Part shown: piece after piece, positions 10,195 to 20,426 of the stretch
Position numbering within the stretch: position 1 is the stretch's first letter
How the letters are laid out: every line of letters starts with the position of its first letter
Source: Malacoraja senta
Taxonomy: Eukaryota
Assembly (NCBI GenBank): GCA_038087875.1
Contig: JAXLNO010000172.1
Span: 124,001 to 181,398, forward strand
DNA: 57,398 nucleotides
Direction: 5' to 3'
Program-made: the position numbers and the translations under genes
Notes under the pieces: generated by a model
Told to the model about the DNA's origin: nothing
The model's database searches: none
Seen by the model: only the letters and a program-made list of their open reading frames with translations

Positions 10195-12150
10195 TGTCTC
10201 ACCTGGAAGGACAGCTGGGGTCCCAGGTTGAAGGGAGGAGGTATAGGGATAGATGTTACATCTGCGGTTGCAGGGGAAAGTACAGTGCATTCAGAAAGTA
10301 TTCAGACCCCTTCACTTTTTCCACATTTTGTTACGTTACAGCCTTATTCTAAAATGGATTAAATTCATTTTTTTTATGATCAATGTACACACAATAGCCA
10401 ATAATAAAAAAGTGAAAACAGGAGTTTAGATATTTTTGCAAAGTAATTAAAAAGAAATAACTGAAATATCACATTTACATAAGTATTCAGACCCTTTACT
10501 TTGAGGTACCTTTGGCAGCGATTACAGCCTCAAGTCTTCTTGGGTATGACGCTACAAGCTTGGCACACCTACCTGTGTTTGGGTAATTTCTCCCATTCTC
10601 TGCAGATCCTCTCAAGCTCTCAGTTTGGATGGGGAGTGTCGATGCACAGCTATTTTCAGGTCCCTCCAGAGATGTTCGATCGGATTCAAGTTCGGGCTCT
10701 GGCTGGGCCACTCAGGGACATTCACAGACTTGTCACGAAGCCACTCCTGCGTTGTCTTGGCTGTGTGCTTAGGGTTGTCCTGTTGGAAGGTGAACATCCA
10801 ACCCAGCTGAGGTCCAGAATGCTCTGGAGCAGGTTTTCATCAAGGATCTCTCTGTACATTGGTCTGTTCATCATTCCCTCAATCCTGATTAGTCTCCCAG
10901 TTCCTGCTGCTGAAAAACATCCCCAGAGCATGATCCTGCCACCACCATGCTTCACTGTAGGTATGGTATTGGCCAGGTGATGAGCGGTGCCTGGTTTCCT
11001 CCAGACGTGACGCTTGGCATTCAGGCCAAAGAGTTCAATCTTGGTTTCATCAGACCAGCTAATCTTGTTTCCCACGCCTTTTGGCAAACTCCAAGCGGGC
11101 TGTCATGTGCCTTTTACTGAAGAGTGGCTTCCAGAGGCCTCCCATCTCCACAGAAGAACTCTGGAGCTCTGTCAGAGCAACTATCGGGTTCTTGAACACC
11201 TCCCTGACCAAGGTCCTTCTACCCCGATTGCTCAGTTTGGCCGGACAGCCAGCTCTATGAAGAGTCCTGGTGGTTCCAAAGTTCTTCCATTTAAGAATGA
11301 CGGAGACCACTGTGCTCTTCTGGGCCTGCAATGCTGCAGAAATTGTTTTATACCCTTCCCCAGATCTGTGTCTTGACACAATCCAGTCTCCGAGGTCTAC
11401 GGACAATTCCTTCGTCTTCATGGCTTGGTTTTTGCTCGGACATGCACTGTTAACTGTGGGATCTTACATAGACAGGTGTGTGCCTTTCCAAATTGTGAGT
11501 GTCATAGCAAGGGGTCTGAATACTTATGTAAATGTGATATTTCAGTTATTTATTTTTAATTAATTTGCAAAAATTTCTAAACACCTGTTTTCACTTCATT
11601 CTGGGGTATCGTGTGCAGATTGATGATAAAAAAAAAAGAATTTAATCCATTTTGAAATAACGTTGTGTAACAAAATGTGGAAAAAGTGAAGGGGTCTGAA
11701 TACTTTCTGAATGCACTGTACCTGGGAGATGGTGGTTTGTGTGGGAAGGGATGAGTGAACCAAGGAGTTGCAGAGGGAACGGTCTCTGCAGAAGGCAGAA
11801 AGGGGTGGAGATGGGAGGATGTGACTAGAAGTGGGATCACATTGGAGGTGACAGAAATGTTGGAGTATGATGTGTTGGATGTAGAGTTTGGTGGGTGAAG
11901 GGTGAGGACCAGGGAACGTTGACCTTGATCTATCTGGGGGGAGGTGGAGCAAGAAAAGAACTACAGGACACAGAGGAGACACTGGTGAAGGATCCATCTT
12001 TGACAAAGGTGGAAACCACATTTACTAAAGAAAGAGGGCATCTTGGATATCCTGGAGTGGAAAGTCTCATCTTCAGAGCAGATGCAGCAACGACAAGAGG
12101 AATTAAGAATAGGGAAAAGTGCCTTTGCAAGAGAGGGTGGAAGAAAGTGT
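10195..12150 (-). mobile_element. Penelope-like ORF fragment split by the Tc1 insertion
   Basis: 10195-10282 and 11719-12150 join across the TA TSD. They are reverse-complement homologues of ~2810-3170 (RRCNI/TC motif, LVHSSLP). Confidence 0.8.
10283..11718 (-). mobile_element. Tc1-like DNA transposon, IR/DR type, with decayed DD34E transposase (~11421 to ~10496)
   Basis: ~210-bp TIRs starting cagtgcattcagaaagtattcagacccc. TA TSD at 10281-10282 and 11719-11720. The direct repeat aagtattcagaccc occurs at both ends of each TIR. Fragments MKTKELSVDL..GYKTIS, WSDETKIELFG, TVKHGGG, QQDNPKH and [15 protein letters not shown] lie in shifting frames. Confidence 0.96.
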
Positions 12151-12561
12151 GGGAGTTGATTAGAATCTTTTGCTTTCTTGTGTATATTTGGGCAGGACTT
12201 TTTTCTATCTTGTGTGAATGTGATGCCATCCACCAATTCCTCTGTTTTGTACTGATGTGCTAACCTGCGTTGTGTGCTTAAAATCCTGTATTAAACCAGG
12301 CCCTACTAATTTGGATGTGCTATCATTTTTCATCATTGCTTCATTTTATCCATTATCCATTAGTTAAGAGGCATAATTTGTTCAACAGATTCCACTGAAT
12401 GATGAAACTGAATTGTTTAACGTGGCATTTAACTCCAAATAAACGGGTATATCTTGTGTTTTTTTATTTCTAGATTACAGATAAGAAAATCACACGTGTT
12501 CTAAATAATACTTCAACAGTTTTATTTTGCATTTGTAGTAAGAATTAATTGGTCATTTCAG

Positions 12562-12769
12562 AACTATCTCTGTGAGCACGCAAGTGCAGGGTGGTGATGT
12601 GAACCTCCACGAGAACATGCGATGTCATGGCATCCCACTGGTGACTATCAGCCGTGGTCGGGTTGTCTACGAAGATGGGATCTTTACATGTGCCGAGGGA
12701 ACCGGGAAGTTCTGTCCACTTCGACCCTTCTCTGAATTTGTGTACAAAAAGCTGATTCAGAGGGAAAAG
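12562..12769 (+). CDS. DPYSL5: DPYSL5 coding exon (208 nt)
   Basis: tttcAG|A..AAG|GTagaa. Encodes TISVSTQVQGGDVNLHENMRCHGIPLVTISRGRVVYEDGIFTCAEGTGKFCPLRPFSEFVYKKLIQREK, a typical CRMP5 sequence. Confidence 0.97.
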
Positions 12770-14363
12770 GTAGAAATGATTACAATTTATATATTACTCC
12801 ATCTGAATGGAAAAAGTCAAACATATGTTGTGCCCTGTTTTAAATCCTTCAGTTAAGGTCACATGCAGATATTTGAAGAAGGAAAAAAGGATCGCCTCCT
12901 GCTATTTTGTAGTTTTGATAAGCCACATAATGTTATTTAGTGATTCTTGCAGTATGATTAAAATTACAGATATTTGATAACTCTAAGTAGTAAAGAATTA
13001 GTTCTGTTGTGATACATTGCTGCAACTACATTCCCAATTTCCTAAAATGTATCTCTCTTGACGGAGTTGTAGCTGTTTTGCCAGAAATATTCCATCAAAG
13101 CACATACGGGCCATCCACTTAATAATGCACATTTTTTTCAAAGGTTATGTCAGCTACTCTGCTGAATATGATACCTGTGTAGGAAGGCATATGGAGTTGG
13201 CTCAGGACAAAAGATAAAACAAATTAAATTCCCCACTAATTGCTGGCTTTTGCAAATGTGATCATATGCTAATTCAGTGGCATTCTCATAATCGTGCTGG
13301 TATTTTTATAGAAAGCTGACTTTCTTTGGAATGTCTTTTGAAGTATGAAGCCAACAAGGGAGCAAACTGCAAACTGCAGCAAAAAGCTCAACGGCCATGC
13401 TGCAGTCCTGGGTTTAAATTGTAAGTCTAGCTGTTGGGAGGCAAATTAAGTAGTAGTAAATAGAGTATGGCAAGAAACTGTGTTCACTTGGTACTGGAAG
13501 CAATACCAGAAGGTTGCTGAAGTCAAAGCTTGTTGTTAGGATTAGGAGAAGGCTGTACCTAATGGAGTGTTATGGACCCAATGATCTTGGCTTGGTTTGC
13601 AAGAGCTAGGTTGCATAAAAATCAAAATGGTAGGTAAATAGAAAGGTCGGGTAGCTGGTACCCTCAAACAAACTGATGAGAACCAGAACAGTAGCAGGCT
13701 GCAAGGTGGTCGAATACCACTGATACGTAGAAGAGGATGTGAGTTTTGTAAATGTCAAATCCTAGAATTTAATCACACAGATGGAGACCTTTGGATGCAA
13801 CATCCGTTTTTCTGATATTTATGCATTAATTTTCGCAACAACAAAAATCCAGTATTTCTGGCAAATCATTTTGTGCCCCGAGAATCTTTTGGGTAAAAAT
13901 ATTGTCCCCCAGCTTCTCATTTATTGAATATTAAAGTTGAAAAAATAGTTATGCAATTGTTTTTTAAATTTAAATATGGGGTGGGGGGGGCAAGAACTTG
14001 TTAGAATTGTGCACTACTCACCATTTCAAGAAATTCATCAAAAGATATGTAATTGCATTTGCTTCATTCAAATTCTTTATTCTCACAATGTTGGATTTTT
14101 TTTTCTGTAAGTAACGATTTCACTCTGCTTATTTATTGCGCTTTTACTACCTTCTGATTTTGTGGTACAATGAGGGGTTGGAAAATAGGAGTTTTGTTTT
14201 TTGCGTCTAGTTTTTTGGGTCTATTCCCACAATGCACATCTTTGATTATCAAAGCAACACTCTCACTCAAACACGGCTGGAGTGTTCTAATGCCAGAAGA
14301 ATTTTCACCGTTCTGTTGCAGCTGTTGACCTGTGACCATAATTAAGATCTTCATTTGTGCATA

Positions 14364-15432
14364 TCCTTTGTGTGTGGCTGCATCAGGCGGAATGTAGAAC
14401 CAAGGCACGTGGGCACCAAGGGTCACTACCTGCTGAGGTTCTACCTGTCCCCGGTGTTGCGAAGGATGGGCCTGGCGCAGATGCCATGCAATGTGCCAGT
14501 CAGCTGGACATTGCCGCCCCATCTGTCGTCTGTGGAAAGGTTCTTCCGGACCAACACCTTTGACCACATGTCCATTGGGCAATGGTCAGCACGGAATGTC
14601 CTGCCAGCACTGCAGGGAAAGGACTCGATGGATCCGGTGGCGTGGTTCCCAGAGCAGACTGCCCAGCTTGTCTGGCAAAATGCCTCATCGCCAGAACTCA
14701 CCAACAAGCACCAAGACCTGGCTTGGCTGGCGGTGAGGGGAGCCCTCCCAGTCAGATCCTTCCTGCACCGTCGGAACCTCACTACCAGCGCACGCTGCCC
14801 TCGGGACGGCTGCTATGGCGAGGAGACGGTTGCCCACCTCTTTGCAGAGTGTGGATTTGCAAAAAGAGTCTGGAGAAGTATGCAAGGGTCCCTGGAACGC
14901 TTTATCCCGAACAGCTCCGTCACAGAGGACTCTGTGATATACGGACTGTTCCCAGGGACACATTCAGAGACTGACATCGAGTGCTGCTGGAGGGTCATCA
15001 ACTCGGTGAAAGATGCTCTTTGGTCTGCCCGAGCGTTGTTCACCACCCAGCAGAGCGAGATGTCCGTCAGGGAATGTTGCCGACTGGCCCGCTGCAGACT
15101 GCAGGAGTACGTGCTGAGGGACGCACTGAAGCTTGGTGCAGCCAACGCCAAGGCACGGTGGGGGAGGGCCACAGTCTAGGGTCCTTCCGCTGCTGGACAT
15201 GGGGGGCACAGTATGGTGGAGACGCCCCTCAAAATAAGGGAAGGTATCCCACGCCAGGGAGCCACATGAGTGGCACGGGTGGGGGACGGATCTGTGGAAT
15301 TGGAAAAAAATGTATTAACTGCATTGAACAATTTGTATAGCCTCCGAAAATGTCGGATGAATGTTTCGCACGGTTCACGTATTGTATATATTTATTACTT
15401 GAATAAAGTCTATTTTGAAATTTAAAAAAAAA
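14364..15432 (+). mobile_element. Tx1-like (L1 clade) LINE 3' fragment
   Basis: Open ORF2 C-terminus to TAG at 15179 with the zinc finger CPRDGC..ETVAHLFAEC. AATAAA at ~15402, a poly(A) tail, and a 9-bp TSD ttgtgcata (14355-14363, 15433-15441). Confidence 0.88.
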
Positions 15433-15441
15433 TTGTGCATA

Positions 15442-15732
15442 GGGAGGCACAGTGGTGCAGCGGTAGAGTCGCTGCCTTACTGTGCCAGAGACCCAAGTTT
15501 GATCCTGATTACAGGCTCTGTCTGTACAGAGTTTGTATGTTCTCCCTGTGACTGCCTAGGTTTTCTCTGGATGCTCCAGTTTCCTCCCACATTCCAAAGA
15601 CGTGCAGATTTGTACAGATGGACTTCCGTAGATTATCCCGAGTGTGCAGGATAAAACGAGTGTACGGGTTATTGCTGGGGTTGGCGTGTAATTGGTGGGC
15701 CGAAGGGCCTGTTTCCTCGCTGTATCACTCTA
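15442..15732 (+). mobile_element. tRNA-derived SINE (HE1/V-SINE-like) with CR1-type tail
   Basis: Head ggcacagtggtgcagcggtagag (box A-like), core ttcctcccacattccaaagacgtgc, and tail gggccgaagggcctgtttc..ctgtat shared with CR1 ends. Confidence 0.88.
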
Positions 15733-16557
15733 TGTAAAGGGAACAGCTTCAATGGCCTCTAATTTTTCACAGGCCCTCCTAGCTTGCATGATGGTCATGA
15801 ACATCTGACTACTTAGCTGTACATCATTGTGCTAAGTAGTCAAAGCAAAGGTGCCATGAAGCATGAGGCAAGGAATGTTGCCATAAAATGGGGACAAACG
15901 CAAGATAAAATAAGACACCTGGCCATGAGAAACTGATTCAGTTAATCAGCAGCATTGTGAAGATCCATTTCTGGTCTGTGGTCTTTTATATCCTGCACAA
16001 TACTGCAGAGCAAAGATTTGAGAACAGATCAGAGGAAGGAGCTTTGCAGGAGGAAAGAGATAGAGAAAATCAGAGCAGTTGCCCACATCGTTGTCCAGAA
16101 TGCTTTCATTACAGCAAGAGTCACAGCATTCAACAGTTCACTAGTTTGAAATCCAAAGCAGAAGCAACCTATTTCTGCCTAATTGCTGTGTGTATGTGGT
16201 GGAGGGGTGGGGGAGGTAAGAGGGCCTGGTCAAAGGAGCAACATATTCACACAAAGGGTGGTGGGTATATGGAACAAGCTGCCAGAGAAGGTAGTTGAGG
16301 CTGGGACTATTCCAACATTTAAACAGACAAGTACATCGTTAGGATACGAACCAAACGCGGGCAGGTGGGATAAGTGTAGCTGGGCCAAGTTGGGCTGAAG
16401 GGCCTGTTTCCACGCTGTATCACTCTATGTAAAGGGAACAGCTTCAATGGCCTCTAATTTTTCACAGGCCCTCCTAGCTTGCATGATGGTCATGAACATC
16501 TGACTACTTAGCTGTACATCATTGTGCTAAGTAGTCAAAGCAAAGGTGCCATGAAGC
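15718..16557 (+). repeat. 145-bp identical direct duplication (15718-15862 = 16413-16557)
   Basis: Direct comparison shows identity from cgctgtatcactctatg to ggtgccatgaagc, with an offset of 695 bp. Confidence 0.95.
16225..16428 (+). mobile_element. CR1 3' end fragment
   Basis: FTQRVVGIWNKLPEKVVEAGTIPTFK followed by the tail gggctgaagggcctgtttc. Confidence 0.85.
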
Positions 16558-17259
16558 TTGTAGCTCTTATGTGCCTATTAAAGGGTCTGCATGTGATTGC
16601 GTGATTGGTACTCCGTTATTGCAATGGCATGTAATATAATGGTGTTTGTGTGAAACGTATTCATTCAATCTCTGCAAGCATGTAGAATGCAGTTGGAGTC
16701 AATATTTGCTGCTGCTCTTGAAGGATTTGTTTTTTCTTAGTCCTTGATGTTCACCATCTGCAGGGACAGAGCTTGAGAATGCTCTGTGCCCTCGGACACA
16801 GGATTTCATTGCTACACGACTTGTTGTTGCTTGGTTTGCTAGTCATGTGAAAATCCAACTATTTTCCTAATGGACCTACTAAAGTGTGAATACTTCGACT
16901 GTTGGGATACGAGTCCAATGAAGGTGCATCCTCAATGTGAGTGACTTGCTCAGAAGAGAAGCTAGAATTGTAATTTAGAAATGTCAAAACAATGAACATA
17001 TTTCACTTGATACACACTTAGTTCAAATAGGTGATCAATACGTGCAACGTGATGAGCGAGACCAGGAGATTCACCATGTCCATGGTCATGATAGAGGAGA
17101 ATCACTGAGGACATGATCATGGAAGTATTACAAACTACCTATCGGGATGTATTACAGCCAGGTTTGGGAACAGTTCCATCTGAGACCACAAGAAATTGCA
17201 AAGTTGCAAGTGGAAGATGTAGCAAAGTGTGGAGTGATGCATTGTGGTAGTGAGAATAA

Positions 17260-17350
17260 TGAGCCTGTGCCACTTAGGCGGACTGCTGGCGACTGTCAGG
17301 TTGCCGGCAGTCGCCGGAAAAACCGGCCTGCTACTGTCAGTGGAACACGC

Positions 17351-17400
<50 letters not shown>

Positions 17401-17904
17401 CGACGCCGTCTAAAAAGCGCTATAGCAAAGTGTATGGTAAGTCCTTCAAAGGGAGGGGGGGGGGCATGGACAAGGAGTGGAGACAACCTTTAAGAACCCA
17501 GAGATACACGGCTGTGACGCTCGGCGGATATTTAACAGTCGGTTATCCTTGGTTCTGAAAACTGCTGCTTACCTTTTCCCAATGAGCCAGTGAAATTCAC
17601 CGGTCAGCACTGGCTACAACCTACGAGAACCTTCGATCTCTTGGCAACCCATTAGGACCTCCTGGCGACCCACCTACGGCTCGAGAATTTTCGCTACTCT
17701 CCATGGCGGCTTCATGCTAGTCGCCACTAATTTTTCAACATGTTGAAAAATTCACGGCGACTATAATGAGGCCGCGACTAGTTCCCAGAATGCGGGAACT
17801 CCTCACGACCATGAAGGAGACTCCCCAACAACCACCCGCGAACATGTGGCAACTGCATAGTCTCTTGCAGTCGCCTAAAAAGTCACCTAAGTGGGACATG
17901 CCCA
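17260..17904. mobile_element. PIF/Harbinger-type MITE containing a (CA)n tract
   Basis: TIRs tgagcctgtgccacttagg / cctaagtgggacatgccca. TAA TSD at 17257-17259 and 17905-17907. (CA)n at ~17346-17398. Confidence 0.85.
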
Positions 17905-18274
17905 TAAATGTGTAGACTATTTTCTAAACGGGTAGAGAATTCAGAAATCGGAGGTGCAAATGGAGTGCTGGTGCAGGATTCTCAAAAAGTTAATTTGCAA
18001 GTCGAATCGGTAGTAAAGAAGGTGAATGCAATGCTTACATTTATTTAGAGAGGGCTAGAATACAAAAACAGGGATGTAATGCTGAGGCATTATAAAGGCA
18101 CTGGTCAGACTGCATTTGGAGTATTGTGAGCAGTTTTGGGCCCCATATCTAGTGAAAGGATGTGCGCACTTTGGAGAGGGTCCAGAGGACGTTGATGAGA
18201 AGGATCCCAGGTATGATTGAGTTAACATAAGATGTGCATTTGAAGGCACTGGACCTGTACTCGCTGGAGTTTAG

Positions 18275-18524
18275 AATAGACAATAGGTGAAGGAGTAGGA
18301 ATGTTTTCATAGCTGATCATCCACAATCAGTACCCCATTCCTGCCTTCTCCCCATATCCCTCGACTCCGCTATCTTTAAGAGCTCTATCTAACTCTCTCA
18401 TGAAAGCATCCAGAGAACCAGCCTCCATCACCCTCTGAGGCAGAGAATTCCACAGACTCACAACTCTGTGTGGACAAAGTATTTCCTCATCTCTGTTCTA
18501 AATGGCTTGCCCCTTATTCTTAAA
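18275..18524 (-). mobile_element. CR1 3' end, same subfamily as 6685-7825
   Basis: Near-collinear with 6687-6958. Confidence 0.88.
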
Positions 18525-18924
18525 TAGACCTAATTGAAACCTACTGAATAGTGAAAGGCCTGGACAGAGTGAATGTGGAGTGGATGTTTCCACTAGTGGG
18601 AGAATCTAGGACCAGAGGCCATAGCCTCATAATAAAGGGATGTACCTTTAGAAAGGAAATGAGGAGGAATTTCTTTACTCAGGGGGTGGTGAATCTGTGG
18701 AATCCATTGCCACAAACAGCTGTGGAGGCCGTCAATGGATGTTTTTAAGGTGGAGATTGACAGATTCTTGATTAGTAAGGGTGTCGGGGGTTATGGGGTA
18801 AACCAGGAGAATGGGGTTAAGAGGGAAAGATAGGTCAACCATGATTGAATAGCAGAGTAGACTTGAAGGGCTGAATGGCGTAATTCTGCACCTAGAAATT
18901 GTAAACGTGTGAAGTTGTGGACGT

Positions 18925-19330
18925 TTCCCAGGCCACGTCCCTTCCATTGATTCCATCTACACTGCCTCGGCAAGGCCACCAGCATAATCAAGAAACGGTC
19001 TCATCCTAGTCATTCCCTCTTCTCCCCTCTCCCATTAGGCAGGAGGCACAGAAGTTTGAAAAGGTGTACCTCCACATTCAGGCACATTTGCTTTCCAGCT
19101 GCTATCAGGCAACTGAATGGGTAAAGTTCCATCTACCTCATTGAAGACCTTTTGAACTATCTTTAATCACACTTTTTCAGAGTACAATGTTACATTTTGC
19201 ACTAAATGTTGTATCTTTATGCACTGTGGATGGCTTGATTGTTTTCATGTATAGTCTTTGACTGGATAGCAATACAAACAGAAGCTTTTCACTGTACCTC
19301 AGTACACGTGACAATAATAATAAACTAAAC
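18925..19330 (+). mobile_element. Rex1/Babar LINE 3' fragment
   Basis: SIYT..CLGKATSIIK..SHPSHSLFSPLPLGRR, then the tail tttcactgtacctcagtacacgtgacaataataataaactaaac. Confidence 0.75.
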
Positions 19331-19408
19331 TATTAAAGTCTTTACTAAATATTACAGCACAATGTTATTGGAATTAAATTATTTAAAACATTTCTTTTCT
19401 TATCTTAG

Positions 19409-19571
19409 AGTCTGAGTGCAAAGCCTGTGGATCGTGCTCCATATGCAGGTGATGTGGCGGTTGTACATAATACAAAAAAGGACATGGCACTTCATTCAGA
19501 ACATCAATCTCGTGTTACAACACGCCACAGTGGAGCGAGGGACTTGCATGAATCCAGCTTCAGATTGTCGG
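19409..19571 (+). CDS. DPYSL5: DPYSL5 penultimate coding exon (163 nt)
   Basis: Polypyrimidine tract plus ttAG at 19407-19408 and donor GTaaga at 19572. Encodes SLSAKPVDRAPYAGDVAVVHNTKKDMALHSEHQSRVTTRHSGARDLHESSFRLS(G), with the CRMP motif RDLHESSF. This frame is not in the ORF track. Confidence 0.95.
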
Positions 19572-19653
19572 GTAAGAGTTAGCCACATTTTACAAATTGC
19601 TGTATTTTATATCTTTGAGTAATTAACATTTATTATGCCTGCCTTGAGTGTTA

Positions 19654-19849
19654 AGGACCTGTCCCACTTGGCAATTTTTTTGGGCTACTGCCAGCATCAT
19701 TGACTGACGTATCAGGTCACCGAAAAATTTGCGATGCGGCATGATGACGTATTGACGCACGGTGTTTTTTCAAGTGTCGCAACATTTTTTTGGCAACACT
19801 GATATGACGCCGGCAGTCGCCGAAGAAATCGACAAGTGGGACAAGCCCT
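19654..19849. mobile_element. Short Harbinger-type MITE
   Basis: TIRs aggacctgtcccacttg / caagtgggacaagccct, the same family as 17260 and 47405. Preceded by TTA. Confidence 0.78.
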
Positions 19850-20340
19850 GTACTTAATGACAACATTTAGCATTGTGAGAAATCAGATATCAGTGCTTCT
19901 CTTTCATAGCAGGGAGTGAGAATGGTAGGGACCAGAACACAGATTGATGGAAAGGTATCATTGTGAAATATTAACTCTGCTTCTCTTCATAGCTATTGGC
20001 TGACTTGCTGGATATTTAGAGCATTTTATGTAGATCTTAGTTTGGAATTTTCTGGTGCAATTATATCGCTTCTGCTTGACTATTGTTACCTCTGGAATTA
20101 TTACATAATTACGACGTAAAACTGATTTTCCAAAATTAATTACACTCTAATTTTCTTTGACTAGTTTTATCATTATTCCATGTGGAGTATCATTCTATGG
20201 ATTATAACTTATTTTATTTATACATGATTCGGTGTTATATAGTGTTTCCATATTAATATTTTGTGGAAAAATGTGATGATATTTTACTTTTGCATTTATT
20301 GCCAAAGGTAACTTTATTTGCATTTCTTTGTTCTTTGCAG

Positions 20341-20426
20341 GATCCCAAACTGATGATCACCTGCCAAAGCGCCCTGTATCTAGAGTTCTGGCTCCACCTG
20401 GTGGTCATTCTAATGGCATTTGGTAA
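20341..20426 (+). CDS. DPYSL5: DPYSL5 terminal coding exon to stop codon
   Basis: ctttgcAG acceptor ends at 20340. Encodes (G)SQTDDHLPKRPVSRVLAPPGGHSNGIW, then TAA at 20424-20426. Matches the CRMP5 C-terminus APPGG..GIW. Confidence 0.96.

Larger units (their letters stand above)
17195..18900 (+). mobile_element. Degraded CR1 3' portion with two nested insertions
   Basis: KCGVMHCG..; LVRLHLEYCEQFWAPY; MFPLVGESRTRGH..WNPLP. Interrupted by the MITE at 17260-17904 and an antisense CR1 tail at ~18275-18524. Confidence 0.85.

Noticed and set aside
14355..15179. 274-aa ORF as a nested host gene
   Set aside because: It is a Tx1/L1 ORF2 C-terminus with poly(A) and a TSD, and has no true start.
15442..15515. 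tRNA-like sequence (also 1530-1604, minus strand)
   Set aside because: It is the head of a SINE, continuing into the SINE core and LINE-type tail, with no intact cloverleaf.
17346..17398. HTHTHT / CVCVCV ORFs
   Set aside because: Translation of a (CA)n microsatellite inside a MITE.
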